DNA of 64,000 bases from Okamejei kenojei (lineage: Eukaryota), in the NCBI GenBank assembly GCA_035221665.1, contig CM069163.1, forward strand, positions 21,328,001 through 21,392,000, in the 5' to 3' direction. The position numbers and the translations under genes are program-made. Positions 42,401 to 54,400 of this stretch are shown one piece after another. Within the stretch, counting starts at the first letter, position 1. Each line of letters begins with the position of its first letter. Below the pieces are notes generated by a model. It did no database searches, was not told the DNA's origin, and saw nothing but the letters and a program-made list of their open reading frames with translations.

Positions 42401-45400
42401 GGTTTCAAAGCTTAAGAGTTTCAGACTTGTAATAACAAAATTACTTTTCCTGGAGGATTTTCAAAGGTCTTTTCAATAGCAATAAGTTTATTTTTGTGCA
42501 AGGTAAAAATACTACAAGCTGTATTAATGGAGTATCCTTGCCCAAATATCAATAGAAACGATTGCATGTCAATTTCAATGGCCTCTTGTGGTGAAACTGA
42601 CAGTGTGTTCTTAAGAGACAATAGAGTCTGATTACCTTGGGAGATTACCTGGAAACAGGGTGTTTGTCCTTTATCCCATTTAAATTTGAGACCATTTTTA
42701 TTGTCTGCTTGACTATTTACAAAGTGGTTCTCTATTTCCTGATCTAAATCATGTTGTAACTAATGCACGTAATGCAAATAACGTTTCTAATTCATAATTC
42801 CCATTATATACAATGTGTGTTGTGGAGACGTGTTACCTTTTAAATTAAAGAATTATAGCTCATTAAACCATATTGCACTTTTGAAGTTGTAATTTAGAAA
42901 AGGTGTGCTGTTTAATTGTCAGATGGTACGGTAACCTGTTTTCTTTTCACTCTTCCAAAGTATGCAAGGTTTGATATTTTAGTGAATATTGTTGCTACTT
43001 CTTTGCTGAATAACAAACCTGATGTGTTCATTTATGGCAATGGACCTGGCGAAGTTATTCTTACACTGCTTCCTGGCGTCTTAATTAATATTCTCAAAGG
43101 AATTGCATGATGGAACTTGCTGACATCTTTATCTGTGGTTTGCAACTGCTTTGAGGTGTCTTTTGAAACTGTTCAGGAACACTATGAAGTCCTAGTTGCA
43201 AAGAATGACTTATTCAAGAGAGATCATGTTTTTTTTTGCAGATTAAGTTAAAATGCTGCAGTAAACTATAAACAAGGGGTATTTCATCCCAAATGACATT
43301 TGTGCATAATATTTGTAGATTTCGGAAGTTGTAGAGCAGCAAATTTAAGAACCAGGTGCCCAACATCTGGAGGTTGTTGAATCTGACAATTTAAAGTGTT
43401 GTACAGCGAAAATGGGGAGGAAACGAGTGCCAGACGGACACAGAAATTGTGCCAAGCCAATGGGCTCGGGAGCCGAAATAATTTCTAAAAAATATTTCTG
43501 AAATTTCTAAAATATGAAATCAGCTCCTTAGTAAACAAACAAATGTTTTTAAGAGCAGGTAAGCCTGTTTCAAAATCTGTTTCATTATAAATTAGATGGA
43601 CATCCACTAAACACATTCCCAATGAAATCAGAAATGCCTCATTTCATCCTTTTGGCAAAATAAATGTTTATACTTCTTTTAACATGACTGAGCAATTTAT
43701 CAACTCTGTGTATCTTCAAACCAATCACTTGAATGAAGCCAGGGACAACTCTCAAATGTGCAAAAAAAAACAGTTGAATCATTGGATCATTTTTTAATTA
43801 ATATCAAAATCAATTTTATTCTTAAATTATTTTTTTTTACTTCGACTTTCATTAAAAAAAATCCTCACAGCAGTTGATATATTATCCTTTACACACAAGT
43901 GATTGCATTTCATGGACTAAAGTGCAAGCATCATTATCAATGGTTTGTTCTACTGGAGAGATCATGCAGCATAAAATTGGAGATGTTTTTGGATAGAATA
44001 AATCTTGGAAGGCCACTCTGAATACTGCAGTGCTTAATGAGTGATTTATATTTTTAATATTGCCTTTACATATGAGAATAAATATGTCCATATGGAAGTT
44101 AAATCAGATGCACCATAATGTGAGTGAAATGCTGGGAATGGTCCACTGGCAAAACAACAACTGCAGACAGAGAAACAACGTGACTATTTCAGATGAATAA
44201 GAACTGGAAAATGTAATCACTTAATTGCGTAGATGAACACTAAAGGAAGGGCACGGGGTAGGAAGTAAAGGGATGAATGAGCTGGCAAAAGGAGGTGAAA
44301 AAAACCTAAACAGGATGGTTGTGGTTCTTTTGCCTCAGACTTTCCCGTTTGTTCTTGCCTCTCCTCTTTCCTTACTTAAATCTAGTTCTAAAGCTCTAGC
44401 ACATCCTGTTTCATTGTACTGCTAGCTGTCAGAAACATGAGAGCGAAGTGTAGTTCAGTACATCTTCCATAAATACGACAAAAGGCATGCACCGATGCCT
44501 TTAATGAAATGCTGTGATAATGTCTTGTGCAATCTCCAGACATTAAGGCAGAATTGGTGCTTATGTTGTGTCTGTTCATTGAAATGACCTGACTGAGCCA
44601 TTGGGGAGGTTTCCTAGTCTTTACAATCCACAGGGAGAAGAGATTGCCAAATCCTAGAGTGATTTACGTAGACTATCTATTTTTCCCAGTTCTCATGAAA
44701 GGTTGTCATCCTGAAATGTTCAGAATGTTTCTCCACAAAATGAGAGTTGACCTGCTGAGAATTTCATATTTTCATTACTTTAATCTACAATCGGAACAGC
44801 CTACTGTGGAAAATGCCTTTGCTGATTCTTTGTTGCAACCTCATGCAATTGAAAATTGTCAACCATCACACTTAGCTATGACTACAGTTTGTAAGTCTTG
44901 CGCATAATGCTTTTAAGTAACTAAAATTAATATAGTTCCTTGAAGCTTTCATATAGATTTGGCTGGAAGATCAAGAATGGGTTAAATACACGACTACTGA
45001 AAAGTCTCATTTCAATTCCACCTTTCAGGGACTTTTGCTATTGAGTTTGTTCAGTCATGATGGACCATAAGATTAACTGTCCCCATTAATTTTTTAAAAA
45101 TTGGGATCTAGCCAATGGAATCTGGAATGAGTTAGTTCTTAATGCAAGTTCATGTTGGCCTGAATTTGAATAAATCACTCCAGGATTTGGCCATCTCTCT
45201 TCCCTGTGGATGGTGAAGACGAGGAAATCTCCTAGTGGAGCTTCCAAGACGCTTAAATAATCAGAGCCTCATACCACGGTATAAACACCCATTCTTGATC
45301 ATGGGGAACAAGGACATAGCAGACCAATTGAATAACTACTTTGGTTCTGTCTTCACTAAGGAAGACAAATAATCTGCCGGAAATAGCAGGGGATCGCGGG

Positions 45401-48400
45401 TCAAATGAGATGGAGGAACTGAGTGAAATCCAGGTTAGCCGGGAAGTGGTGTTAGGTAAATTGAATGGATTAAAGACCATACAGCCATACAAATAAAATA
45501 AAGAACACAACACACGATAGAGTCCAACATAAAACATCCCCACGCAGCAGAATCAAAGTTTCCCACTGTGAGGGAACGCACCAAAGTCAGTTCTCTTTCT
45601 CTGTGGTTCTTGATGTTCACCCATGGTCAGGGCCTCCCGAGCCCTTCGCAGTCGCCACTACGGGTGGCCCGATATTCAGGCCTGCTCGCCGAATGCTGGA
45701 GTTTCGATGTCGGAACGGGAGGACAACCTCAGCGACTTGGACCTCCGAATCGGCCACTCCATACCAGAGTCCGCGGCTCCCGAAGTCCACAGGCCGCGCT
45801 GGGCGGAGATTCGCCGCCCGCATTGGGAGCTCTTCATACCTCAGCTCCGCGATGTTGGAGCAGCGGGCTCAGCACTCCGGAGCTTCATACGGCGATCCAG
45901 GTAGGCGTCGCTCCGCTCTGCGGTGAATCCCGCGCTTCGACTCCGCTGCTGAAGCTCTGCTCCGGGTCCCCGGCAGGAAAGGCCGCTCCAATCTAGATGG
46001 TAGGCCGCGAGGACGCTACTCGGAGAATAGTCGCGTCCTCGCCAGCAAGTGACTGGGAAACGGTTTCCCCCTCACCCTACCCCCCTCCCCCACATAGAAA
46101 AACTAAAGAATCCCCAAAACAAACTTTTAAGACAAACTAAAATAAAAAAAGATAGAAAAAAATGGACAGACTGTAAGCAGAGGCTGCCTTCAATGCGGCG
46201 CCCCTGGTCAGCCGTATACCAACTGACTGTGAGAAATTAACTCCATGAATGAGCTAAAAAAATTAGTATTAGTAAAATATTTAATATGGGGAAATTAGTA
46301 GGACTGAAAGGTAATAAATCCCTAGGACCTGATGACCTGGATCTTATCATTTTGAAGGAGATGGCTATGGGAATAATAGATACATTGGCTTTCAAAAATT
46401 CCATGGATTCTAGAATGATGCTGGGAGATTGGAAAAGAACAAATATGACCCCACTATTAAAAAAAAATGAGGGATAGAATAAACAGAGCTCTACTGAGCA
46501 GTTAGCCTAAAAATAGCAGTGAGGAAAATACTATATTCTTCTGTCGTATGTCTTTTAGACCTGCAGCTCCATTGAGGCGAGCCAGGCCAACGTGTCATCG
46601 TCCAGGTCAATCAGACCTCGTTCACCATTCGGTGGTCGGTGTTCGGGGCAACTGGTGACGGTGCTCCACTGTCTGTATTGGGTCCCCACACTCGCAGGAG
46701 GCACTGTCCACCTCTTCATTGCTACTCCATAGCGTCCGATGCCTGTCCTCAAGCGGTTGAGGGTTGTCCACTGCTTTCAGGGCAGGTCCTGGCCAGGGAC
46801 GTCCATGGGGCCATCGATGTAATGGTGTAGCCTAGATGGTTCCGCTGATTTCCACTGGTCTCTCCATCTCGTCTTGACCCAGGCAGCCTTAGAAGCGTCA
46901 GCCGATGTTGTGCAGAGCAGCTCTTGGCAAAGGGGTGCCGTGACTTGAGGCACACTCATCGTGGTGTCTCTGTGACGATCTGATGGAGGAGGTGGGATTC
47001 ACTGGTCTGTGCCTTTCGAGAGAAGGCCAGCATGGCTTCTTCTCGCCGATGTTGGCTGGGGCGATGCCAGTGAGGACGGGCAGTTGGTTTACTGGGGTGG
47101 CTCGTAGCCAGGAAAATACTATAAGAAAGTGGAAATAATGCATTTAGAAAACAATAACAAATTGGGTAGTCAACATAGAGTTATGAAAAGAAAATCGTGT
47201 TTGCACAAATTACTCCTGGATTTGGCAGTCTCTCCTCCTTGTGGATGGTGAAGACGATGAATTTAAAAATTATAAGTACTAGAATGGATAAGTAGAAACC
47301 AATTTATGTGGGGCCTGTGAACTTTAGTAAGACGTCATTCAAGATTAAATAAGGTTGGACCTCAGTTTGAGGTAATATTCTACTATGGTTTGCGGATTGA
47401 TCAACAGACAGAAAATGCAGAGAATAAACAAATGACTTCTATTAGGTGGCTATGATTAGTGAGTGGGGTGCCACAGGGATGAACGCTGTTGCTCCAGCTG
47501 TTTATAATTTCTATCAATGATTTGGATGAGGGGATCAAGTATAATGTATTCAAGTTTGCTGATATTACAATTTAAGCATAACAAAGTTAGTCTAAAGAAG
47601 TATGAGGTGTTGCATTTTGGGACTAACAAGGGCAGGACCTACACAGTGAATGGTAGGCCTCTGGGGAGTGTTGTAGAGCAGAGGGATCTAGGAGTGCAGG
47701 TGCATGGCTCCTTGAAGACTGAGTCGCAGGTAGATATGGTGGTCAAAAAGGCTTTTGGCGCATTGGCCTTCATCAGTCAGAGTATAGAGTACAGAAGTTG
47801 GGAGGTCTTGTTGCAGTTGTATATGACGTCGGTGAGACCGCATTTGGAATATTGTGTTCAGTCTGGGCACCATGTTATAGGAAATATATTGAAAGGGTTC
47901 AGAAAAGATTTATGAGGATGTTGCCAGGTCTAGAGGCTGTGAGCTATAGGGAGTGGTTGAGTAGGCTGGGTCTCACTATTCCTTGTAGCGCAGGAGGATG
48001 AGGGGTGATCTTATAGAGGTGTACAAAATCATGAGAGGAATAGATTGGGTAGATGTACAGAGTCTCTTGCCCAGAGTAGGGGAATGTAGGACCAGAGGAC
48101 ATAGGTTCAAGGTGAAGGGGAAAAGATTTAATAGGTATCTGAGGGGTAACTATTTCACACAAAGGGTGGTGGGTGTATGGTGCAAGCTGCCAGATGAGGT
48201 AGTTGAGGCTGGGACTATTCCAACGTTTAAGAAACAGTTAGACAGGTACATGGATAGGACAGGTTTGGAGGGATATTGACCAAGCACAGGCCGGTGGGAC
48301 TAGTGTAGCTGGGACATGTTGGCCGGTGTGGGCAAGTTGGGCCGAGGGCCTGTTTCTACACTGTATCACTCTATGACTCTAAAGGTCCCGACCAAAAATG

Positions 48401-51400
48401 TCACCTATTCTTTTTCTCCAGAGATGCTGCCTGACTCACTGAGTTACTCCAGCACTTTGTGTCTATCTTGGGTAGCAACGTGGTTCTGAGGATGGTGCTA
48501 AAAGGTACCAGCAGGTTCCGTGAATGACAGATGGTACATACCGTAGAAAAATAGAAGGTCAAATTCTTTGGTGGAAAAACTATAAAGGAAGAATATTTTG
48601 TAAGCATTGAGAGATTAATAGGTACAGGTATTCAGAAGGATCTAAGTGTCTGCGCACACAAATCACTGAAAGTTATTATGCAGGTACAGCAAGCAAATGG
48701 AATGTTGGCTTTTGTTTTCAAGACTATTTGCATAATGCAGGAATTGTTTAGGTCCGTCGTGAGACCACACCTGGCTCATTGTGGTCAGCGATGACAAAAT
48801 AATTCCTACACCCAGAGGTTCATGAATCTTTGGAATTCTATGTTCAAGAAAACATTAGAAACAGAGATCGATAGGTTTGTAGGTAATAATGGAATGAAGG
48901 AATGAAAAGTTAGTGGAGGAAATTGGTTCCGAGTTGATAGTTCAACTATATATTGAACAGAGCAGGCATGGTGGCCGACTCCTGCTTTAAGATGGAGATA
49001 GGCCAATATTTGAAAGATTGAAGAATTGAGGATTATTGGGAACTGGCACACGAGGAGACGTCATTAGATAGGGGCAGACAAGAGGCCTGGTGTCTACTCC
49101 TGCTCCTATATTTTTGTCGTCTTGTGTTCTTATGTGCTTCTGTTTCTCTTTCTCTTAATCCAGAGGCTTGAGTACATGCCTGTGACTACATTCATGATGG
49201 TACATTCTACTCGTGGTTAGATAAACAAGCTCATGTGCTGGAGCTTCGAAAGTAGATTTAAGTTTAACTTCCTGCATATACTGGTGATAAATTGGATCTC
49301 TTGACCAAACTGGTAAACTTTCAGTACATAATTAAATTCTAACAGTCTAGTCAGCCCCAATATTAATTCAGATTACATGCCTCAAAACTAATCTTAGAAA
49401 ATTCATTGTTGCTGTGATCCCAATGGCCACATTTCTTTGTGTTTTAACACTCTTCACTGTTCAAGGTTTTGGCTGGTTTCTGCTGAATTCAAGTCTCAAG
49501 TTTCCAAGAGGTACTCTGTAATAAATCTTTGAAATACATACTGACTGCATGCTCCTGTGGTTGAAATGTTGGCCTTTCACCTCAAAGATTAATTCAGCCA
49601 AACTAATGAGATAAAAGTTTCCGTTATCTTGTAACAAGCCAGCTCCTGAAAGTAGTACATCCACAGCCCAAAACAGCCGCTCATTAAGTTATATTTAAAA
49701 CAAAATCCGCATTCTAATTCAAAGGAGCCAGAGCATATCTGGTTTAGGAAGCAGGAAATTATTATGTTTACAGAATAGGAGTGAGACAAATATTTGGTGA
49801 AGCTGCAGAACAATACTAAATTTGGTTTAGAAATTGGTAGGACAATACTGTAACTCCAGTCACGGAGACAAGGAGTGTTTCATCTCCCTGGAGACAAGTC
49901 CCTTACCCTGAAGAATGCCACAGTCATTCAGTAAATGAAATGCATGTGGAACTTTGACCTTTAAGGAACTTTTTTAAATTTTATATAAAATTATATAAAT
50001 ATAATGCAAAAAAAACAAACTGAACTAAGGTTTTAGAACATAAATCCACCAATCGAATAACACATATTTAGCTTTAGCACAAGAAAAAGAGAGCTTAAAT
50101 CAAATTATTAATTTCTAGATAAAGATTTGAAAAGGGGAGAAGTTGTGTTTAAAACCATGGCCGTTTGGTCATCTAGCTGTACAGCACAGAAACAGGCCCT
50201 TCGGCCAACTGGTCCATGCTGACCAAATTAGTCCCATACCTGCATCTGACCCTTATCCATCCAAACCTTTCCTTTCCATGTTCCTGTCCAAGTGTCTTCT
50301 AGATGTTGTAATTATACCCATCTTTACTATTTCCTCTGACAGCTCGTTCCAAGCACTCAACGCCATCTGTGTGAAAACCTGCCCCTCGGATTCCTTTGAA
50401 TTTTTCACCTTAAACCTTTCTTTCCCTTCTAATTTTAGACTTCCTTCTCTGGGAAATAAGCTGACTATTCACCTTTCTAATCCCCTCATGGTTTTATATA
50501 CCTCTATACGGTCACCCCTCAGCCTCCTACACTTCAGGGAAAGAAGATCTATACAGGACTACAGTGTCACTGCCTCCACAGACAGACTATCATCGATTAC
50601 TCCAAACAGACCATCGTTTTTCTTTAACATCCTCTTTCTCTCTATTGAAGCTGAAACCCCATTTCCTTCAGTCAGCGGTTTGGATCTATTGCCTGATCAT
50701 TTATGGGTAAATCATATCTAACAGAGAAAGAGAAAATCCATGGTTGTGTTTGAAGTATTTCAATTGATCCTTCATACTCTTTCACCTTAAATATATGAAT
50801 GTCATTATTGACCCAGTGAAGAGTGCAATTGTTCACAATAATTGTCTATATCTCAGTAGTCTTCACACTCGCCTCCATAGCCAAGCCGTGAGGGCGAGTC
50901 AAACAATATACTGTCAGAATTATTTGCAAATTAGCACAATCAATTTAATTATTTCATTTTTTAAATTGTTCGCTCAGTGGTGTAGCCTATGTCGGCTGAG
51001 CCAGCATCTACTTACTCATTCCAAGTTGCCTTTGAGAATTTGGTGGTGAGTTGCCTTCTTGAACCTCCGCACCGTTTACATGTGGGTCTATCGCAATGCT
51101 GTTACGGAGAGGGTTCCGAGATTTCGAGCCAGTGATGGTTAAGAAATGCTGCTATCGTTCCAAATAAGGATGGTGTGTGACTTGAAGGGCAGCTTCCAGC
51201 TGGTGGTCTCCCCATGCATTTGCTGCCCTTGTACCTCTAGCTAGTGGAGGTGGTGTGTTTGGAATGTGTAAGAAGGAACTGCAGTTGCTGGTTTAAACTG
51301 AAGGTAGACACAAAAAGCTGGAGTAACTCAGCGGGGCAGGCAGCATCTCTGGAGAGAAGGAATGGGTGACGTTTCTGAGTTACTACAGCTTGTTGTGTCT

Positions 51401-54400
51401 ATCTTTGGTGAGTTTGGGAGGTCTGTCTGAGGAGTCATGGTGAGTTGCTGCAGTGCATCCTGTAGATTGTACAAACTGTTGCAACTGTGCATCAATGCTG
51501 AATGAATGCATACTTCTGGATATGGTGCCTTGCAAATGGGTTGCTATGTCCTGCTTGATGTCAAGCTTCTTGAGTGTATTAGAAGCTGAACTCATCCATG
51601 CAAGTGGAAAATAGATGATAAACAGGGTTTGGAGAGTTACGTGCTGCCGGATTCATAGTCTCTGACCTGCTCATAGCCACATTGTAGATATGGCTACTCC
51701 ATTCCGTTTCTAGGCAATGGTAATCCCTGGGATAATCGTAGTGAGGGATTCATTGATGGTAATGCATTGACTGTCAGGGGGTAATAGCTGGATTTTGTCG
51801 TGTTGGATATCATCATTGCCTGGCACTTGTGCAGGCAAATGTTACTTGCAACTTATCAGTCCAGGCCTGGGCATTGTCCAGGTCTTGTTGCACTTGGGTG
51901 TGGACTGCTTCATTAGCTGAATGGTGCTGAACATCGTGCAGTAACATCTCCTCTCCTGAAATGAAAGTTATTGCATTTGCATAATAGTATAAACACCTTA
52001 CAATATTTTCTTTGTGAGTGCCTTCCAACCTCAGTTTAACTGGCCTAAAGCTATGACGGAGTGCTCCAGACCTCTGGAAAGCACAGCAAATGTCCAGGAT
52101 ACATGCATATAATCAGCCAGATGCTATGTTGTGTGCCAGCAAGTGTGGCCAAGTCTGGGACAGCTGTTTTTGGAAAAGAGATGGGCGTATTGCCTAGGGA
52201 ACCCGTAGGTTTCATTTAGTTTAGTTTAAAGATACAGCACAGAAACAGGCCCTTCGGCCCACCGAGTCCGCTCTGACCAGCAATCCCCGCTCATTAACCT
52301 TACCCTACACACACTCGGGACAATTTACACTTACACCAAGCCAATTAACCTCCAAATCTGTATGTCTTTGGAGTGTGGGAGGAAACCAAAAATCTCGGAA
52401 AAAACTCACACGGTCATGGGGAGAACATTCAAACTCCGTACAGGCAGCACCCATAGTCAGGATCGAACCCTGGTCTCCAGCGCTGCAAGCTGGAAGGCAG
52501 CAACTCTACCGCTGCGCCTCAATAGCAGGGAGAAATGTTGACGATAGCAGTGTCACATTCCCCCTTGTCAGCGTCATTAGGGTGCTGAGCAGACAATGGT
52601 TAGAAGATTATTCATGTGACATAGCCAGGTATGATTCCTTCAAAGACTACACATTTGCAACACATTTTCATGGTTATATGTCTAATAATTTGTAATATAT
52701 GATTTCTGCAATTTGTTAAGTGTTTGGAATGTTGAACTCATTACCAGATGAAGGGATTGGGACAAATGGCTAAGATGCATTCAGAAGGAAACCAAGCACA
52801 GGAAAGAATATGGATAAAGAGGCCAAAATAAACAAATGGAAGAGGAAACGGCGTTTCACTGCAATTCCACTTGTTGGAGCATCTCACAGTTCTAAATTAT
52901 TTTAGGACAGAAGCTCATTCTTTTGTAAAGCTTTCAAGTTAAAAGTTCAATGAAGGAAAGTTAACTTATGTAGAAGAGTGGACTGTAGTATTGTGGACTG
53001 TGGGGATCTGTTTTAAAGAGTTGAGGCTTTATGTTTCTTCTCTTTATCTAAGCAAGCTACACAGGAATTTCACCTACCCTTTCACTGAAATCTCCAATAA
53101 CAACATTTGTTTCCTTCATGAATACCTATTAAAAAGTTTTCATTTAACACCTTGCCTGTATCTTCTAGCTCCACGCATAGATTACCCATGTTGTTGCCAA
53201 TGTTTCCCTGGTTATTCTTTGTATAATATATTTATTAGAACTCCTTCCGATATAGCTTAATACTGTCTGCCAGTGATTTCTCTCGACCTCTCTTTGCATC
53301 CTAATTTTCTTTTAATGCTTGCCTTTACATACTCTTGACAAACTTCCCCTATCATCACTTCCCTACACCTGTTATGTGCTTCCCATTTTCTCTTTAGGCA
53401 ATCCTCAATAATTCTTGACATCCAGGGTTCTGGACCCTCGACGTTACCTCTAGTTTTTACCCTTCCATGAATATGTTGCCATTGAACTCTTGACATTTCT
53501 TTGAATGTTTCCCACTGCGCAGATGTAGATACACAGCACAGCGGTAGAGTTGCTGTCTTACAGTGAATGCAATGCAGGAGACCTGGGTTCAATCCCGATT
53601 ACATGTGCTGTCTTTATAGAGTTTGTACATTCTCCCCGTGACCTGCGTGGGTTTTCTCCGAGATCTTCAGTTTCCTCACACATTCCAAAGACGTACAGGT
53701 CTGTAGGTTAATTGGCTTGGTAAATGTAAAAATTGTCCCCAGTGGGTGTAGGATAGTGTTAATGTGCGGGGATCGCTGGTCGGCACGGATCCGATGGACC
53801 GAAGGGCCTGTTTCCGTGCTGTATCTCTAAACTAAACTAAACTAAACCTGCAAATCGATGCTCCCAATCTACCTTTGCCAGGTCCTCCCTTTGGTTAATA
53901 AAATTGGCCTAACCCCTATTTAAGATTTTAATTACAAGTCCAGCCCTATCCTTTTCCATATTCACTTTAAAATTTATGGTTGTATAGAAAGGAACTGCAG
54001 ATGCTGGAATATGCCGAAGATAGACACAAAGTGCTGGAGTAACTCAACGGGTCAGGAAGCACCTCTGGAGAAAAATGATAGGTGACGTTTCAGACCCAAA
54101 ATGTTGGCTATTCCAGCGTCTATCTTAAAATATATGGAGTTCTCATTCCCTCACTGACACTCCTTCACTTGGCCTGCTACATTCCCGAAGATAAGATCCA
54201 GTAATGTTCCTTCCCTCCTTGCTCCATCTACATACTGCCTCAAAAATCCCTCCTGGGCACGTCAAAAATTCAGATCTCACTGAGCATTTAGGCTAAGGCA
54301 CTCCCAACTGATATTTGGAAAATTAAAAATAGACAAAAATACTGCCTCACCCTCTGGAAACTCAGCGGGTGAGGCAGCATCTAAGGAGCGAAGGAAATAG

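Larger units (their letters stand above)
53050..54330 (-). mobile_element. Old CR1 ORF2 endonuclease/linker region with nested SINE and PLE fragments
   Basis: [16 protein letters not shown]...[15 protein letters not shown] in ORF 53257..53592. Confidence 0.6.

Noticed and set aside
45568-45996. Overlapping GC-rich ORFs as a nested gene or promoter CpG island
   Set aside because: No recognisable protein; stop-poor only because of GC content; lies inside a repeat-like element.
53532-53610. tRNA gene
   Set aside because: A and B boxes are present but run straight into the SINE core and tail; this is a SINE head, as in the other copies.
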